In this document: positions 38,029-48,022 of the stretch, one piece after another
How positions within the stretch are numbered: the first letter of the stretch is position 1
How the letters are laid out: each line of letters begins with the position of its first letter
DNA from: a virus
IMG/VR virus record: IMGVR_UViG_3300037148_000025
Coordinates: 25,415-89,414 of that record
DNA length: 64,000 bases
Direction: 5' to 3' (one strand)
The notes under the pieces: generated by a model
Databases searched by the model: none
What the model saw: only the letters and a program-made list of their open reading frames with translations
Told to the model about the DNA's origin: nothing
Program-made: the position numbers and the translations under genes

Positions 38029-38870
38029 TACTGACTAATTTTCTTGTTCTCAGTCATTGGAGCTATTGGAGTTACCGGCACTTCTGTACCCTTTTCGGGT
38101 ACAGTTGACGCCGGAATGGGTACAGGAGATACAGGAGACATAGGAACTACGGGAGCCACTGTCGGAACCTGCCCAATAACTTCTGGAACCGGTACAGCAA
38201 GAGCTAAGCAATCTTCTGTAGTAAGTTTCGCTCGCTTTGCTGCGTTGGTTGAACAGAGTATCTTTGCTGCTGCTGTAAAGTTGTGCATGAGAGCAAAGCT
38301 ACGCGCTGTCTCACGAGAATCGCATCCCTTATCAATCTTTCCCCCACCAAGTGCTGCACCGAAGAAAGGTGAAGACGCACCGGCAGAAAAACTCTTGAAG
38401 CATGGAGCCGTGGGAAACGAGTCTGGAGCATAAGCTATTGGAGTTTGACGCACTTGATTGTACTCCGAAGATATTGTAGTGGAGTTACCCGATCCAGTGC
38501 TGTTGTTTGCAGCGGAAGCTGTACCGCCATTAGCGGTTCCCCCGGTTCCCCCGGTTCCCCCTGAACCGCCCTTAGACACAGACACATTGGTGTTTTGTGA
38601 ATTCCCACTGTTCTTCACAGTCGATTGTGAATCGGATTGTGACTGAGACTGCGAATTCGACTTAGACTGTGAGTTAGCGTTCGAGTCAGAGTTCGAGTTA
38701 GATGTTGACTTGGTGACTGAATTGATTGGCACTGAAACAGTGCTATTGCCTCCAGTAGCCGTGGATGTAGCCGTAGCTGTAGGGGTTTGTGCCACAGCTA
38801 CGGTTGCAAACGCAGAAGTGTTAAAACCAACTGCGAGTGTGAGTGTTAAAATAAACAAAGAGAATTTCAC
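38028..38870 (-). CDS. Secreted Ser/Thr/Gly-rich protein with Cys domain
   Basis: Signal peptide, low-complexity stalk, 4-Cys domain and Pro-rich tail. Confidence 0.7.
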   Translation of the reverse strand: MKFSLFILTLTLAVGFNTSAFATVAVAQTPTATATSTATGGNSTVSVPINSVTKSTSNSNSDSNANSQSKSNSQSQSQSDSQSTVKNSGNSQNTNVSVSKGGSGGTGGTGGTANGGTASAANNSTGSGNSTTISSEYNQVRQTPIAYAPDSFPTAPCFKSFSAGASSPFFGAALGGGKIDKGCDSRETARSFALMHNFTAAAKILCSTNAAKRAKLTTEDCLALAVPVPEVIGQVPTVAPVVPMSPVSPVPIPASTVPEKGTEVPVTPIAPMTENKKISQ

Positions 38871-39505
38871 GCGTTTTCCTTTCCGGTACGTCTATTCTTT
38901 TTAGACCATACCAATGCCAGTCCCAGAAGACCAGTTCCCATAAACAGTAAGGATGAAGGTTCTGGAGTCTGCGTTTGCACAGGATTTATCCCAATAAAAG
39001 TCTGAGGAATTCCGCCCTCTGTCTGGGTTCCATCTACAGGTGTGTAAAGAATAAAATCCACCTTATTTACAGATAACTCCCCGGCAACAGCCGCGTGCAA
39101 CTGAGTTTGTGCGTTTGGTGCGTCGAGCAGCAAAGAAGCAGCATCTGTACTATCAAACAATGACCATGCAGCCAACTGGTCTGCAACGGCATTTCCCGGA
39201 TTGGAAATAGCATCTTGAAGTAGCCAAGCAGCCGCAAGATTATTTAAATTTTCATGAGGTCCAAGTAGTGTAACTTCTGTAGCTGTCCATGATTCTCCGA
39301 AGGTAACATCGTCTGCGAAATTCAGACACATCAGCGCCACATTAGCAGTGTCACCCACAGTAAGATAATATGGATAGGCATAGTCTCCTGCCACTTGGTT
39401 AGAGCCTGCTGTGTTCAGGGTTAAGGTCACAGTATCGGCATTAGCCGACAAAGGAATCGCAAGGGTCATTACCAAAGCGAGCAGTGCAAGAATAATCTTC
39501 TTCAT
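38867..39505 (-). CDS. PEP-CTERM sorting-domain protein
   Basis: Signal peptide ending ANA, and C-terminal TPEPSSLLFMGTGLLGLALVWSKKNRR. Confidence 0.9.
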   Translation of the reverse strand: MKKIILALLALVMTLAIPLSANADTVTLTLNTAGSNQVAGDYAYPYYLTVGDTANVALMCLNFADDVTFGESWTATEVTLLGPHENLNNLAAAWLLQDAISNPGNAVADQLAAWSLFDSTDAASLLLDAPNAQTQLHAAVAGELSVNKVDFILYTPVDGTQTEGGIPQTFIGINPVQTQTPEPSSLLFMGTGLLGLALVWSKKNRRTGKENA

Positions 39506-39520
39506 TTTTTCCTTCCTTTT

Positions 39521-39865
39521 TTAGCGGTTATCTCCACGACTTTTAATCACGCCCCGCTTCTGGCGATCTTGTAGTTTCTCTATGTTCCTAGTCGCAACTA
39601 CGGCTAGGTCTGTATCCATTTCACTTGCTAAAGCTGCAACATACCACAACACATCTCCCAGTTCCTTGATAAGTTCTTCCTTATCTTCTTTGGACAACTG
39701 CTTCTTGCTTGTGACTCCCTTGTTGCGCCACAGCTTCTTAATCTTGTCAACTGTTTCTCCAGCTTCTCCTGCGAGTCCTAGAGCCGGATAGATCAGGTTA
39801 TTCCCCAAGTCTGGGTACTGTGCAGTCATTAGTGCGGCGGCTTGGTACGAGCTAAGTGTTATCAT
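39521..39865 (-). CDS. MazG-like nucleotide pyrophosphohydrolase
   Basis: LGLAGEAGE..DKIKK...KELGDVLWY...N.EKL.DR. Confidence 0.9.
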   Translation of the reverse strand: MITLSSYQAAALMTAQYPDLGNNLIYPALGLAGEAGETVDKIKKLWRNKGVTSKKQLSKEDKEELIKELGDVLWYVAALASEMDTDLAVVATRNIEKLQDRQKRGVIKSRGDNR

Positions 39866-40097
39866 TGTGTTCTCCCAGTGTGCTCCCATGTATCCAAACA
39901 ATCTTTCCATCTTCTCGAAGATAAACAGCACCCCCACTAGTCAGCAGGAAATCCTTGAGTTGAGATATAGTAAGGTCATCTGGGGCAACAATAAATCCCT
40001 CTAGGGGACTTATACTCTCAAGAGTCCATATACCGGTGTCCATGTAGTCTGTGTATTGTCCAATGATAACGTCACTCGTAATGATAGCGTTACTCAT
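39852..40097 (-). CDS. Hypothetical protein
   Basis: Overlapping start/stop in operon. Confidence 0.55.
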   Translation of the reverse strand: MSNAIITSDVIIGQYTDYMDTGIWTLESISPLEGFIVAPDDLTISQLKDFLLTSGGAVYLREDGKIVWIHGSTLGEHNDNT

Positions 40098-40279
40098 TCT
40101 GGTATCTCCTGAATCCTTTCTATGAGGTCTTCTAATGCGTCCGGTAACGTTGCTCCGAATCCTTCTAGATCATACCTCTCTAGCCTTAAAGCAAGCTTGC
40201 CGTCATATGTCTTAATAGACACTCTAATGTTTTTCTCATCATCAAGTTCCACTATTGCGATTTCTCCAAGATATTTCAT
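40094..40279 (-). CDS. Hypothetical protein
   Basis: ATGA coupling in operon. Confidence 0.5.
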   Translation of the reverse strand: MKYLGEIAIVELDDEKNIRVSIKTYDGKLALRLERYDLEGFGATLPDALEDLIERIQEIPE

Positions 40280-40581
40280 ATTAGCGGTGTCCCCCTTCCT
40301 CCAACAATTTCATCCGGGTTCTTCGGAATGTTTTCAATCATTTTGTACAAATTATACTTATTATCTTTGTCGTTATAGTCTCCGAATGAGTCAATGCTTA
40401 TTTTAATAATTTCCAAAGCAATCCTCATTTTTGCTAGGCGCTGTTTGTTATCCCATGTATCAGGAAGTTTTGTAACAATTATCTCAACACAGATTTCCAA
40501 GGAATCTTGAAGATCGCAGAGATGAGTGTATCGTGTACCAATGTCTTCTAACTTCTTGGTAACTATTTTAGGAGACTCCAT
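40276..40581 (-). CDS. Hypothetical protein
   Basis: AGGAGG RBS before MESPK. Confidence 0.55.
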   Translation of the reverse strand: MESPKIVTKKLEDIGTRYTHLCDLQDSLEICVEIIVTKLPDTWDNKQRLAKMRIALEIIKISIDSFGDYNDKDNKYNLYKMIENIPKNPDEIVGGRGTPLI

Positions 40582-40810
40582 TTTCCTCCTTAGGCTCCTC
40601 TTTCTTAACCTTAGTACGCCGTACCTTACAGCCCTTCCCACACTGCCCGCAGTGCCAGCATCCAAGTCCACATTCGCTGAACTTGTTTTCCTTACGATCC
40701 TCCTTGGACCTAACGCAAGGGTCTTTTGTGGCTTTTGCACCACAGCACACGCTCGTGTAGTCGAATACTGCCACACCAGCGAACGGTTGCTTACCTTTCT
40801 GTCTGCTCAC
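40568..40810 (-). CDS. Small Cys-rich Zn-finger protein
   Basis: SVCCGA...C...WHCGQCGKGC. Confidence 0.6.
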   Translation of the reverse strand: MSRQKGKQPFAGVAVFDYTSVCCGAKATKDPCVRSKEDRKENKFSECGLGCWHCGQCGKGCKVRRTKVKKEEPKEENGVS

Positions 40811-40995
40811 TTTGCTTCCTTTCTGTCTGCTCTGTATAGCGTACCTTTAACACGATCCCAGTCTTTTGCCATATTTTGCATTTCGTTCTTGTAGACGGCA
40901 AAATTAAACTTCTGCGACTGGTTATATAACCAATTGCTCATGTGTTGACCAGCAACATAAATTTCATCTGCATCAGCTTTAGTAAGGTTTGGCAT
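40807..40995 (-). CDS. Hypothetical protein
   Basis: AGGAG RBS, coupled. Confidence 0.55.
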   Translation of the reverse strand: MPNLTKADADEIYVAGQHMSNWLYNQSQKFNFAVYKNEMQNMAKDWDRVKGTLYRADRKEAK

Positions 40996-41238
40996 TTACT
41001 CTCCTTTCAACCAGTCGTCTACTGCCTCATACGATCCCCAACATTTAGAAGGAATGTTGTTGTAACAGTATGAGACTATTTCAAATAGACAATGCCTGTT
41101 AACATCATCTGCTCTTGCAAAAGATTCTCTTAAATCATTAGCAAGAACTGCATGAAGAAATCCACCTGTATGGACCCTATGGGTGACATATCTCTGTAAT
41201 GTTTCTACAATATCTTCTGGTGCTTCACGATTATTCAT
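40996..41238 (-). CDS. Conserved phage hypothetical protein
   Basis: GGFL.AVL.NDL..SF.RAD..N...P..CWGS motif. AGGAG RBS. Confidence 0.7.
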   Translation of the reverse strand: MNNREAPEDIVETLQRYVTHRVHTGGFLHAVLANDLRESFARADDVNRHCLFEIVSYCYNNIPSKCWGSYEAVDDWLKGE

Positions 41239-41288
41239 CGTTCTCCTTTCGTGTATACCGTACCAACCATTGTCCATCACTGTTATTA

Positions 41289-41317
41289 AGCCTACCACTT
41301 CTATTCTTTTTTGTCAA
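41289..41317 (-). promoter_or_regulatory. Sigma70-type promoter
   Basis: TTGACA-N17-TAGGCT with TG. Confidence 0.6.
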
Positions 41318-41384
41318 GAGGGAATCTATATATTTTAGAGCCTCTAGGCAGGTTGTGAATTTTTTGATGTATGGCTTTCCGGGT

Positions 41385-42494
41385 TTAAGTTTTGGCATCA
41401 TTCTCCTTTCTCTTTGTCTCTAATGAGGTCTTGATCTCTTCTTGCAACTCTGGAGACAGTTTAACACATTCAACTAGATTTGTCAAGCCCTGTGCAATAT
41501 TTTTTCCTCCCATATAGAACCAAGCCCCTTTTTGTTCGATTACCCCCAGTTTTACAGCATAGGAAACAGAATCTGAGAATGTGTCTATCCCCGATCCGTA
41601 CAAAAGGTTGACAAAGGTTTCATGGAAAGGCACTCCACATTTGTTCTTGGCAGCTTTTATCTTGAGTTGGTGACCCAGTGGCTGATCTTTAGGTCCGATA
41701 ACCTCACGCCTTCGGACATCCAATCTTACCGACGCATAAAACTTAAGTGCCTTTCCACCGGTGGTGACTTCTGGGGAGCCGTACATTACACCAATCTTTT
41801 CACGTAACTGATTGATAAATATAACAGTTACCTTCTTTAAAGATGCCTTTCCTACCAGCTTTCGGCAGGCTTGACTCATAAGCCGCGCCTGTAGCCCCAT
41901 TACGGCTTCCCCCATCTCTCCATCTAGTTCAGCGCGTGGCACAAGTGCAGCTACCGAATCAACAACAATCAGGCTTACACAATCTGAATCGATTAATGCT
42001 TCCACCGTCTCCAGAGCGTCTTCCCCACTACTCGGCTGTGAAACTATTAGCTCGTCCACGTTGACTCCTAACAGAGCCGCATAAGATGGATCAAAAGCAT
42101 GTTCAGCATCAACTAGAGCGCAGACATTTTGAGTGTTGTTTTGCTCTTGTGCTATGATATGCAAGCACAGTGTTGTCTTACCCCCGCTCTCTACTCCGTA
42201 GACTTCTATTATTCTTCCTCTGGGGATACCGCCGCAACCTAGTACATCATAGTCTAGACTGGGCAAACCGGTACTAATGCTAGGAATGGGAACTCCAACT
42301 CGATCCCCAAGTCTTACAATTGACATAGTTGTGTCAAATTGCTTGTTTAAAGCTTTTTCTACTGCTCTTAGTGTAGCAAACTTATCTTCCTTACTCAGAG
42401 TTTTTTCAGGCTCTTTCTTCTTAGATACAGCAACAGGAGCCTTAACTTCAGGCTCCCCTAGAACTGCTGCAAGGTCCATTAATCCTTTACTCAT
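41385..42494 (-). CDS. recA: RecA recombinase
   Basis: GRIIEVYGVESGGKTT, DAEHA, VDSVAALVPRAE, QARLMSQA, INQLREKIGVMYGSPE.TTGG.ALKFYASVR. Confidence 0.97.
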   Translation of the reverse strand: MSKGLMDLAAVLGEPEVKAPVAVSKKKEPEKTLSKEDKFATLRAVEKALNKQFDTTMSIVRLGDRVGVPIPSISTGLPSLDYDVLGCGGIPRGRIIEVYGVESGGKTTLCLHIIAQEQNNTQNVCALVDAEHAFDPSYAALLGVNVDELIVSQPSSGEDALETVEALIDSDCVSLIVVDSVAALVPRAELDGEMGEAVMGLQARLMSQACRKLVGKASLKKVTVIFINQLREKIGVMYGSPEVTTGGKALKFYASVRLDVRRREVIGPKDQPLGHQLKIKAAKNKCGVPFHETFVNLLYGSGIDTFSDSVSYAVKLGVIEQKGAWFYMGGKNIAQGLTNLVECVKLSPELQEEIKTSLETKRKENDAKT

Positions 42495-42954
42495 TAGGTT
42501 CCTTTGCTTCCTCAATTGGTTTTTCTAAATCCTTAAGACGTGCCACAGTGCTCATGAACTTCAAAAAGTTCTTGTAGAATACTTCTCCCTGCAATTGAAC
42601 AATCAACTCAGGATGCCCATTTTGAAAGACTTCATCAGCCGTTTTAACCATTTCTCCATTGTTCTGAAACCATGCCCACCAACAATGTTCACAATTCCTG
42701 TGCTTAGGTTGGCTCTTTAAATCAAGCTTATGATGACATCCCTGCGCCCGTGGGTTATGTACAGTGATTTGCTTCTTGCGAATCTTTCCTATCATCGCTC
42801 TTGATAGCTTGATAGGAGGACGTAGAGGAGCAGGTTCGGCTTTTTCAAGTACAGTCCCATCGCTATCTATGATGTCATAGCTAGGGTACTCTGTCTCAAC
42901 GGTTGTTGTTAAAGTGTTGTCAACAACGTCTACCTGTTCTAGCTCTGGCTGCAT
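42487..42954 (-). CDS. Hypothetical Zn-binding protein
   Basis: CHH...CEHC motifs. Confidence 0.6.
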   Translation of the reverse strand: MQPELEQVDVVDNTLTTTVETEYPSYDIIDSDGTVLEKAEPAPLRPPIKLSRAMIGKIRKKQITVHNPRAQGCHHKLDLKSQPKHRNCEHCWWAWFQNNGEMVKTADEVFQNGHPELIVQLQGEVFYKNFLKFMSTVARLKDLEKPIEEAKEPNE

Positions 42955-43119
42955 AGTTCAACCTCTTCTGGGGTTAGGATAGGGTCCATGAGTCCGTGCT
43001 TCTGGAGCAACATGATCTTCTCTTGCGGGCTTCGTGCAGAGTTGATCTCTTCTAGTGCAGCTTCAAGTCCGTTCTTAATCACAGTCTTCTTAATTACTTC
43101 CATTTTGTTCCTTTCTTTG

Positions 43120-43563
43120 TTAATCACGTTTACGTCGTATTGCCGAAAAATACTTTCTTACAGGAGATATGTCTCTTTCTCTAAAGATTCGTCCAATAAT
43201 TTGTTCTATTTTGTTGCGCTCTCCTTGGTCGAATTTGTAGTAATTATCGTCCTCAGTAATATAAGTAGTATGGAATACAAAAAGGCATTCATCCGGTTCT
43301 CTCCAGCTTCTTGCAAATATAAGCATACCATCAATTATTGCTGCCTCCACATCGCAGAAGAAATCAACTACACTTGGCCTTGCTTCGTTAATAGATACAG
43401 ACGGTGCTTCTTCTTTGCTGGCAACTGAAATAGAACTTCTGTTTTTCAGGTATGAATATTGTCCTTCTATTGGGTCAGGCTTAGCATAGGGATCGCCCAT
43501 GACTTCAGTAAACGCCGATTTATTCTTGGACCATACTTCACTTTGATTTTTTTTCTTTCCCAT
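43120..43563 (-). CDS. Hypothetical protein
   Basis: 147-aa ORF coupled in operon. Confidence 0.6.
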   Translation of the reverse strand: MGKKKNQSEVWSKNKSAFTEVMGDPYAKPDPIEGQYSYLKNRSSISVASKEEAPSVSINEARPSVVDFFCDVEAAIIDGMLIFARSWREPDECLFVFHTTYITEDDNYYKFDQGERNKIEQIIGRIFRERDISPVRKYFSAIRRKRD

Positions 43564-43954
43564 AACTCCCCTGCAATCCTTCCTTCCTCATTTTATTTAG
43601 AACCTTAGCTCTCGCCTTGCTTCCTATTCTTCCCGGTGCCGTGATTACTTCCCTTCCTAAAACTACTGTAAATGGAGGATTCTTTATGTACTCGGCTGCT
43701 GCTAACAATCTATCAACATCGTCTTGAAATATCGCCAAAGCTTTGTTGCAAGTCCAGCAAAGGAGGCCACGAACAAGTCCTTTTTTGTGGCAATGATCTA
43801 CACATAAAATGAGTCCACGTCCTTTTTTGTTGACTTTACGCTTGCAAATAGCACAAGAAAATCCTTGGTATTTGAGTACTTGATTGTATTCGTCTAAGTT
43901 TGTGTTGAATTCCCTTCTTAGTCTTGCGTCTTTTGCTTTTTCCTGTTTAGTCAT
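43538..43954 (-). CDS. Endonuclease VII family protein
   Basis: Q...CAIC...VDHCH..G.VRGLLC..CN..L. Confidence 0.9.
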   Translation of the reverse strand: MTKQEKAKDARLRREFNTNLDEYNQVLKYQGFSCAICKRKVNKKGRGLILCVDHCHKKGLVRGLLCWTCNKALAIFQDDVDRLLAAAEYIKNPPFTVVLGREVITAPGRIGSKARAKVLNKMRKEGLQGSYGKEKKSK

Positions 43955-43961
43955 CCTTTCC

Positions 43962-44561
43962 TTAGTTCTTAAAAAAGTATCCCATATCTATGATCTTTAT
44001 CCTACCGTTTTCGTCAAGTCCAAGATTACCAGAATGTACATCTAGTTCAGAATTTGGTTTTAATTTTTCCACCCTCTTCCATGAAAGTTCAACAATATCC
44101 GATAGCAATAATGCTATTGAGTCCCCAAGCTTTCTAAACTTTGTGTTCAGAATCGGTCTATAGTAGTGTGAGAGTAAAACCCCTGTCTTTGGGTTTATAT
44201 AGTAAAGCTTTGGAAGATATGGTATTAATCTTGCGTATATTCTATTCCTGCTCAATATCTTCTTATACGCTTTATATTCTAGTACAGAATGTTGGCAATC
44301 TTCTTCAAACCCCTCTTCATTGGGGATATGTATAGGAAATTTTACCACAAGAGGAAAATCGCTTAGTTTATAAACTTTTCGATATGCTCCAAGGTCTAGA
44401 AAGCGATTCTTGAATCCAGTTACTCTAAGGATGTCTTTTGGTCTTCGTATATCATACTCTTTGAATGTATATACAACATCCTTCGCTCGTTCGCTCAAGT
44501 AATTTGTACACTGGTTCATATATGTGTCAACGTTAGACAATGATTTCTCCTTCCGGCACAT
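43962..44561 (-). CDS. Protein-kinase-like fold protein (start uncertain)
   Basis: GAYRKVY, VVKFP, E, DVHSGNLG and IIDMG motifs. Confidence 0.75.
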   Translation of the reverse strand: MCRKEKSLSNVDTYMNQCTNYLSERAKDVVYTFKEYDIRRPKDILRVTGFKNRFLDLGAYRKVYKLSDFPLVVKFPIHIPNEEGFEEDCQHSVLEYKAYKKILSRNRIYARLIPYLPKLYYINPKTGVLLSHYYRPILNTKFRKLGDSIALLLSDIVELSWKRVEKLKPNSELDVHSGNLGLDENGRIKIIDMGYFFKN

Positions 44562-46563
44562 CCATTACTGGTAATGTTTCACCAAGAACTTGTTTAAGGT
44601 TGTCGAGGGGTGCTCCCATGGCAGTCAACTGCTTCTCATAACCTACATTTGGATTAGCCTTAGCGTTCATAGCTGCGATCTTCCCTTCTGTAAGCTTGTA
44701 CACTGTACTGGTAGCCCCATTAAAGTACAGGGTGGTTGATCCTCCAGAAGAATATCGAGAGAGTCCTGCACTGACAAGCATCTCTGGGCCGAAAGAGCCT
44801 TCTGTTTGTATAAAACCGCCTTGTGCAAATGTCTCCTTACTGATCTCTCCAGTTTTGTTACGGTTGATGACGAACATGCAGTCGCAGTCTTTGGCGATTT
44901 GACTGGCACCATCGACAGAATCGCTTGTAGCAAGTTTAGTATCTGCGATTCGGTGGGGTTGGAGCAGCCTAATAATTTGACACCCATAATCTTTTCCTAT
45001 CTTGGCAACTCGTTTACTAATCTCGGACAAATGCTGCGTCCGGTTCTTACCTTTGATTGTAGTATCGCATATAAGCTGCAAATTGTCAAGCATAATCCAC
45101 TTGACACCATAGCGCCGGATACAATCAATCATCAGCTTGTAAATGTCTTCCTCGGTTTGGTAGTCCGGGTAGCAGAACAGAAGGTCACCCTCTCGGTTAG
45201 CAATAACTTCCTTGATCTTGGGGATAGCATCCTTGAACTGCTGAGTCAGTGCAAGCTTCTCGTCGTCGTTCTTGGGAAGATTGTCTTCTATGCCACACTT
45301 GTGGCACAACCATTTGCGAACCAGTCTTGCACGGCGCATCTCTAGGCAAATGATTACACCATTGTCTCCATAGGTACTTACCATGTATTCCATCAAGTTT
45401 AGACCAACAGTCGTCTTACCCTGCTTCTCACCTCCCAAAATATCTACGACATCTCCCTCTTCAAACTGTGCTAGTTCTTCTACTAAAGGCCAAACATATT
45501 TTGCACTTGCTCCCTTTTCATTTAATTCGTCTTCAAATTCATCAAGAGCATCTACACTGTTTTTAACACCTTCAACATCGAATAGAGTAGCTTCGTCTCT
45601 TAGTTTATCAAATTTCTCGGCTGTTCCTCCATGGGTAAACCACTCATTTAGGTCTTTACCTTTGCGCTCCTTACCGGTGTCAGTAATAACCACAAAGACG
45701 GGAAGTACAATCTTCCAGCATTTCTCGATACCGATTCGTTTAGCGATCTCTTGAGCAGCATTCTGTCCTACTTTGTCGGCATCGTAGCAGATGTAAACAC
45801 GCTCTACTAGCTCTAATTTTTCAATCCATTCAGCCTTTTTAACGTTGGCTCCCGGCACACCGCAGACATTAATAATTCCCTTGTCCAATGCTGCAATTGT
45901 ATTGCATTCTCCCTCTACAAGAATGATTTCTGAAGTGTTTCCTTGAAGTGCACTAATGTTGTACAGCGTACTGTCCCAACCATGAGGAGCAGCAAACGCC
46001 TTTGGAATCTTCTTTAAATCGTTTGGATCGGGCATTGTGCGATACTTAGCCCACACACAGTTACCATTTAGTAAATAAGGGATGACAAGGGCACGAACAG
46101 AACCTGTTTCCTTGAATGTCTGCTGTGCAAGTCCAAGTTTTTGTTGCTGTATAATTGCAAGTGAGAATCCCCGAATATTCACAAGATAGTCAAGAGCATC
46201 GCTGTCAGCCATTAGTGCCAGATGACACGCTTCTACATCAGGAAGGGGATCAATCTTCTTTTCTTTACTGGCCCACTCGGAAGTTGACGTAATATCTGGT
46301 TTAGCGATTCCCCAGTGCTGTTTTAAAGAATATAAATTTCCTGATTTTCCACATTTTTGACATAAGAATAAGCCGTTGCGTTGTGGACTTTGGCTGCTTT
46401 TTCCATGACATTCTATATAAAAATGACCATAACCAGTCTTATTGCAGAATGGACAAGTTTCTAGTTCCAAATTAGGAGAAGTTCCTAATTTAAAAGTAAT
46501 TCCTCTTTGTATTAGTATTTGCAGAAGTTCAGAACCTTCCATTGACTCTGGTATGTTCAGCAT
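44533..46563 (-). CDS. Primase-helicase (Zn finger, TOPRIM, SF4 helicase; T7 gp4/Twinkle-like)
   Basis: CPFC..CQKC, VEGE, YDAD..G, KDLNE, Walker A GGEKQGKT and LDNL. Confidence 0.92.
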   Translation of the reverse strand: MLNIPESMEGSELLQILIQRGITFKLGTSPNLELETCPFCNKTGYGHFYIECHGKSSQSPQRNGLFLCQKCGKSGNLYSLKQHWGIAKPDITSTSEWASKEKKIDPLPDVEACHLALMADSDALDYLVNIRGFSLAIIQQQKLGLAQQTFKETGSVRALVIPYLLNGNCVWAKYRTMPDPNDLKKIPKAFAAPHGWDSTLYNISALQGNTSEIILVEGECNTIAALDKGIINVCGVPGANVKKAEWIEKLELVERVYICYDADKVGQNAAQEIAKRIGIEKCWKIVLPVFVVITDTGKERKGKDLNEWFTHGGTAEKFDKLRDEATLFDVEGVKNSVDALDEFEDELNEKGASAKYVWPLVEELAQFEEGDVVDILGGEKQGKTTVGLNLMEYMVSTYGDNGVIICLEMRRARLVRKWLCHKCGIEDNLPKNDDEKLALTQQFKDAIPKIKEVIANREGDLLFCYPDYQTEEDIYKLMIDCIRRYGVKWIMLDNLQLICDTTIKGKNRTQHLSEISKRVAKIGKDYGCQIIRLLQPHRIADTKLATSDSVDGASQIAKDCDCMFVINRNKTGEISKETFAQGGFIQTEGSFGPEMLVSAGLSRYSSGGSTTLYFNGATSTVYKLTEGKIAAMNAKANPNVGYEKQLTAMGAPLDNLKQVLGETLPVMDVPEGEIIV

Positions 46564-46641
46564 TTTCCCCTTTTCATCAATCGTTGAAACCATTGTACCA
46601 CAATCCCTAAAAATAGTCAAGGCCGAAGTTAACCGGCCTTG

Positions 46642-47823
46642 CTACTTATTATCCTTTTCTAGAAAAACTTTGCTCACAATCTTCAATTGTGCTCTCCCGA
46701 CGCCGCGAACATGTCTCTCCGGAAACGCTTTGATGACCACGCCTTCTCTCATATTTGTAGCACCATGCACATATGAAATCCCATCAACAATCTTCATAAT
46801 ACCTTCTTTGCTGTATGGAACCTTAAAGAAAAGCATCGGCACAGAGCGTGTCCACAACTGTTGCAGAGTAACACTCTCATCTTCCTTGTCATAGCTGAGC
46901 CAGTGACCATCTGGATGACGCACATCAAAGACGAACAGTTGTGGGTCTTTGCTTCCGTATTCATAGCCCTTTTGGGTAGGAGTTACCTCTCCCCAAAGAA
47001 CGTAGTCCTCATGTGCTCGGCACCATTCTTCAATCCAAGGCTGAGACTTCAGCACCTTCCTAAAGATTGAGTTGGAACTCGGACTTGTCCACTGCTTATG
47101 AGAGCCAGCGTACAGCATACCATCCGTGAAAATAAACCGCGCATTGCTGCCATGAATCTTCTCTGTGACTATGACTGGTTCACCTTCTCGGAAGACGTTA
47201 GGGTAATTTTTCAGAGCATCTACGTCATAAATTGGTATACATAGTTTACCAGCATCTTCTAGGAATTTCTCCTGTCCACGGGTGAAGGTAACATACCGCC
47301 AGATCATCTTAATCCAGCCATTGATAGAGCGCGGCCAACGGCGCTTGCCTCTGGGTGCTGCTCCCTGATCTCCGTCTGTACGTTCTACTCCTTCGTCCGG
47401 GTCATAGTGTGTGATTCCAAGTGTATCAGATACATCTGTTCCTTCACGCCAGTCAGACTCTACAAACTGTCTAGTTAAGGTACTGTCTACCAATTCATCA
47501 AAATCGTACACTGGCATAAGCAGTCCTTCAGACCACTCGCCACGGAACTTACGAACAGTAATTCGACGCCTTCTGTCAGAGATAGGGGCATCAGAATTAA
47601 TAGGGTCTACATAACTTTCCCAGATAAACCTGAAAGATTCTGTTTGTGGTACGACCGAATCTGGTTGAATGTAAACTGCGAACTCTCCAACCTTAAACTG
47701 TCCTTTTTTGGACACAACTTGATATTCACCTATAGGAATTATCTCTAACGTGTCCGCGTTGGTGTGAGGCAGAACCTCCTTCACAACCACAATATTTGCT
47801 TGATGATTAGCTTTCTTCTCCAT
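46642..47823 (-). CDS. RNA ligase, DRB0094/Rnl2-like with N-terminal OB-like domain
   Basis: PH.NAD.LE, YI.PDS, F(R)G..SEGL, TEKIHGSN, GEV, FVFD and REGVV..K. Confidence 0.9.
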   Translation of the reverse strand: MEKKANHQANIVVVKEVLPHTNADTLEIIPIGEYQVVSKKGQFKVGEFAVYIQPDSVVPQTESFRFIWESYVDPINSDAPISDRRRRITVRKFRGEWSEGLLMPVYDFDELVDSTLTRQFVESDWREGTDVSDTLGITHYDPDEGVERTDGDQGAAPRGKRRWPRSINGWIKMIWRYVTFTRGQEKFLEDAGKLCIPIYDVDALKNYPNVFREGEPVIVTEKIHGSNARFIFTDGMLYAGSHKQWTSPSSNSIFRKVLKSQPWIEEWCRAHEDYVLWGEVTPTQKGYEYGSKDPQLFVFDVRHPDGHWLSYDKEDESVTLQQLWTRSVPMLFFKVPYSKEGIMKIVDGISYVHGATNMREGVVIKAFPERHVRGVGRAQLKIVSKVFLEKDNK

Positions 47824-47824
47824 C

Positions 47825-48022
47825 TTAGTCCCATCCTAAATTTTTTGAGGCGTGAACCCATCCATCGGGATCGGCACTACGTTTCTCTGACATTACTTTC
47901 GCAAAATAGTTCCCCCGGTCCGAGTCCCGGAAATAAGGGTCTCCAATAGGAGAAAACCTCCATTTTCCTAGAAGCACCACTAAACTAGCCTCATCAATCC
48001 ACTTTTTTTCTTCCTGTGTCAT
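47825..48022 (-). CDS. Hypothetical protein
   Basis: LL.KWRF.P.GDPYF...G.YF motif, with RBS. Confidence 0.65.
   Translation of the reverse strand: MTQEEKKWIDEASLVVLLGKWRFSPIGDPYFRDSDRGNYFAKVMSEKRSADPDGWVHASKNLGWD

Noticed and set aside
41385-42494. Host chromosomal recA indicating a prophage boundary
   Set aside because: It is embedded in and coupled to phage replication genes, and no bacterial housekeeping synteny or att site was seen.
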